From: Octopus vulgaris
Lineage: Eukaryota
Direction: 5' to 3'
Length of the DNA: 64,000 nucleotides
NCBI GenBank assembly: GCA_951406725.2
Contig: OX597822.1
Coordinates: 96,844,001 to 96,908,000 of the forward strand
Under the pieces are notes generated by a model that saw only the letters and a program-made list of their open reading frames with translations, did not search any database and was not told the DNA's origin. A program made the position numbers and the translations under genes. Shown piece by piece: positions 63,301-64,000 of the stretch. How positions within the stretch are numbered: the first letter of the stretch is position 1; each line of letters starts with the position of its first letter.

Positions 63301-64000
63301 TGCTAAAACTGTTTCTATAACCAGCATATACGTTGATGATTTAGTGTTTGTGCATATGAGACGTAAAAGTGTAATGTGTGTGTCTGTGTGTGAGTTTGGA
63401 CAGGGGTTATTAGAAGTGTTCAGGTATATGTGTAGACTTCTTTATTGCGTGTGACATAAGGGTTGACATATATGTCTTTATGTATGTGGTGTTTCAGTTG
63501 GTGTGTGGTGGTGGTGGTGGTGGCTGCGTTGTTGGAAGAGGTGTTAGAGTGGTGATGGTGGGGGGTGGCAGTTAAAGAGGGTGTAGGTTCGGAGACAAAA
63601 TAATAAATTCATGTTAATGGCTTGTGTGTGTGTGTGTGTGCATGCATGTGTGTGAAGCTGTGTGCGTGGTCTTGTGGTTAGAGTGTTAAGCTCACAACCA
63701 TGGTTACAAGTTCAAACGAAACATACACTGCCAATAGTTGTTGTTGACAAACAACGGCAGTAATTTTATTCAGCTGAATACACGTCATTGATTGGTTGAA
63801 ATTACCAAAATACGAGAACTTTACCGTGAAATTACTTCATAAATATAAGTTTTTCTCAAAAATGCTAAGAGTAAAAAATGTTTTATATGACACATTCTAC
63901 CAGTGTCTGAAGTTTGAAAGTGTTTAGTTACAAAAAATTACTTTTTAAATCTGTCGGTCAACAGGTAAAGATCCCAACACTGGAACATTCCCAATGTTTC

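Overview
AT-rich, microsatellite-dense metazoan genomic DNA. The repeat inventory suggests a cephalopod, most likely Octopus (inference, not confirmed). One protein-coding gene is supported on the + strand, with three splice-compatible exons: 33233-33274, 39304-41084 and 50202-50316. They encode an MGC-starting, long Ser/Thr-rich disordered protein followed by a SAM domain split across a 9.1 kb intron; no later exon was found in the window. Most of the remaining sequence is transposon-derived: several tRNA-derived SINE families, an RTE LINE and many of its 3' tails, CR1 and R4/Dong remnants, non-autonomous Helitrons, piggyBac/hAT/mariner MITEs, minisatellites and an 18S rRNA fragment. The most unusual signals are: (i) a family of short non-coding Penelope-like elements, often next to (TA)n, carrying minimal hammerhead ribozymes with covarying stems, one copy intact; (ii) inverted-repeat structures and templated insertions that copied nearby DNA; (iii) long intronic fold-backs, one with a G-U strand bias; (iv) a SINE that recurs as a fixed tail-to-internal dimer. 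Most ORFs in the supplied track are spurious. Coordinates were read by eye and repeat boundaries are approximate.
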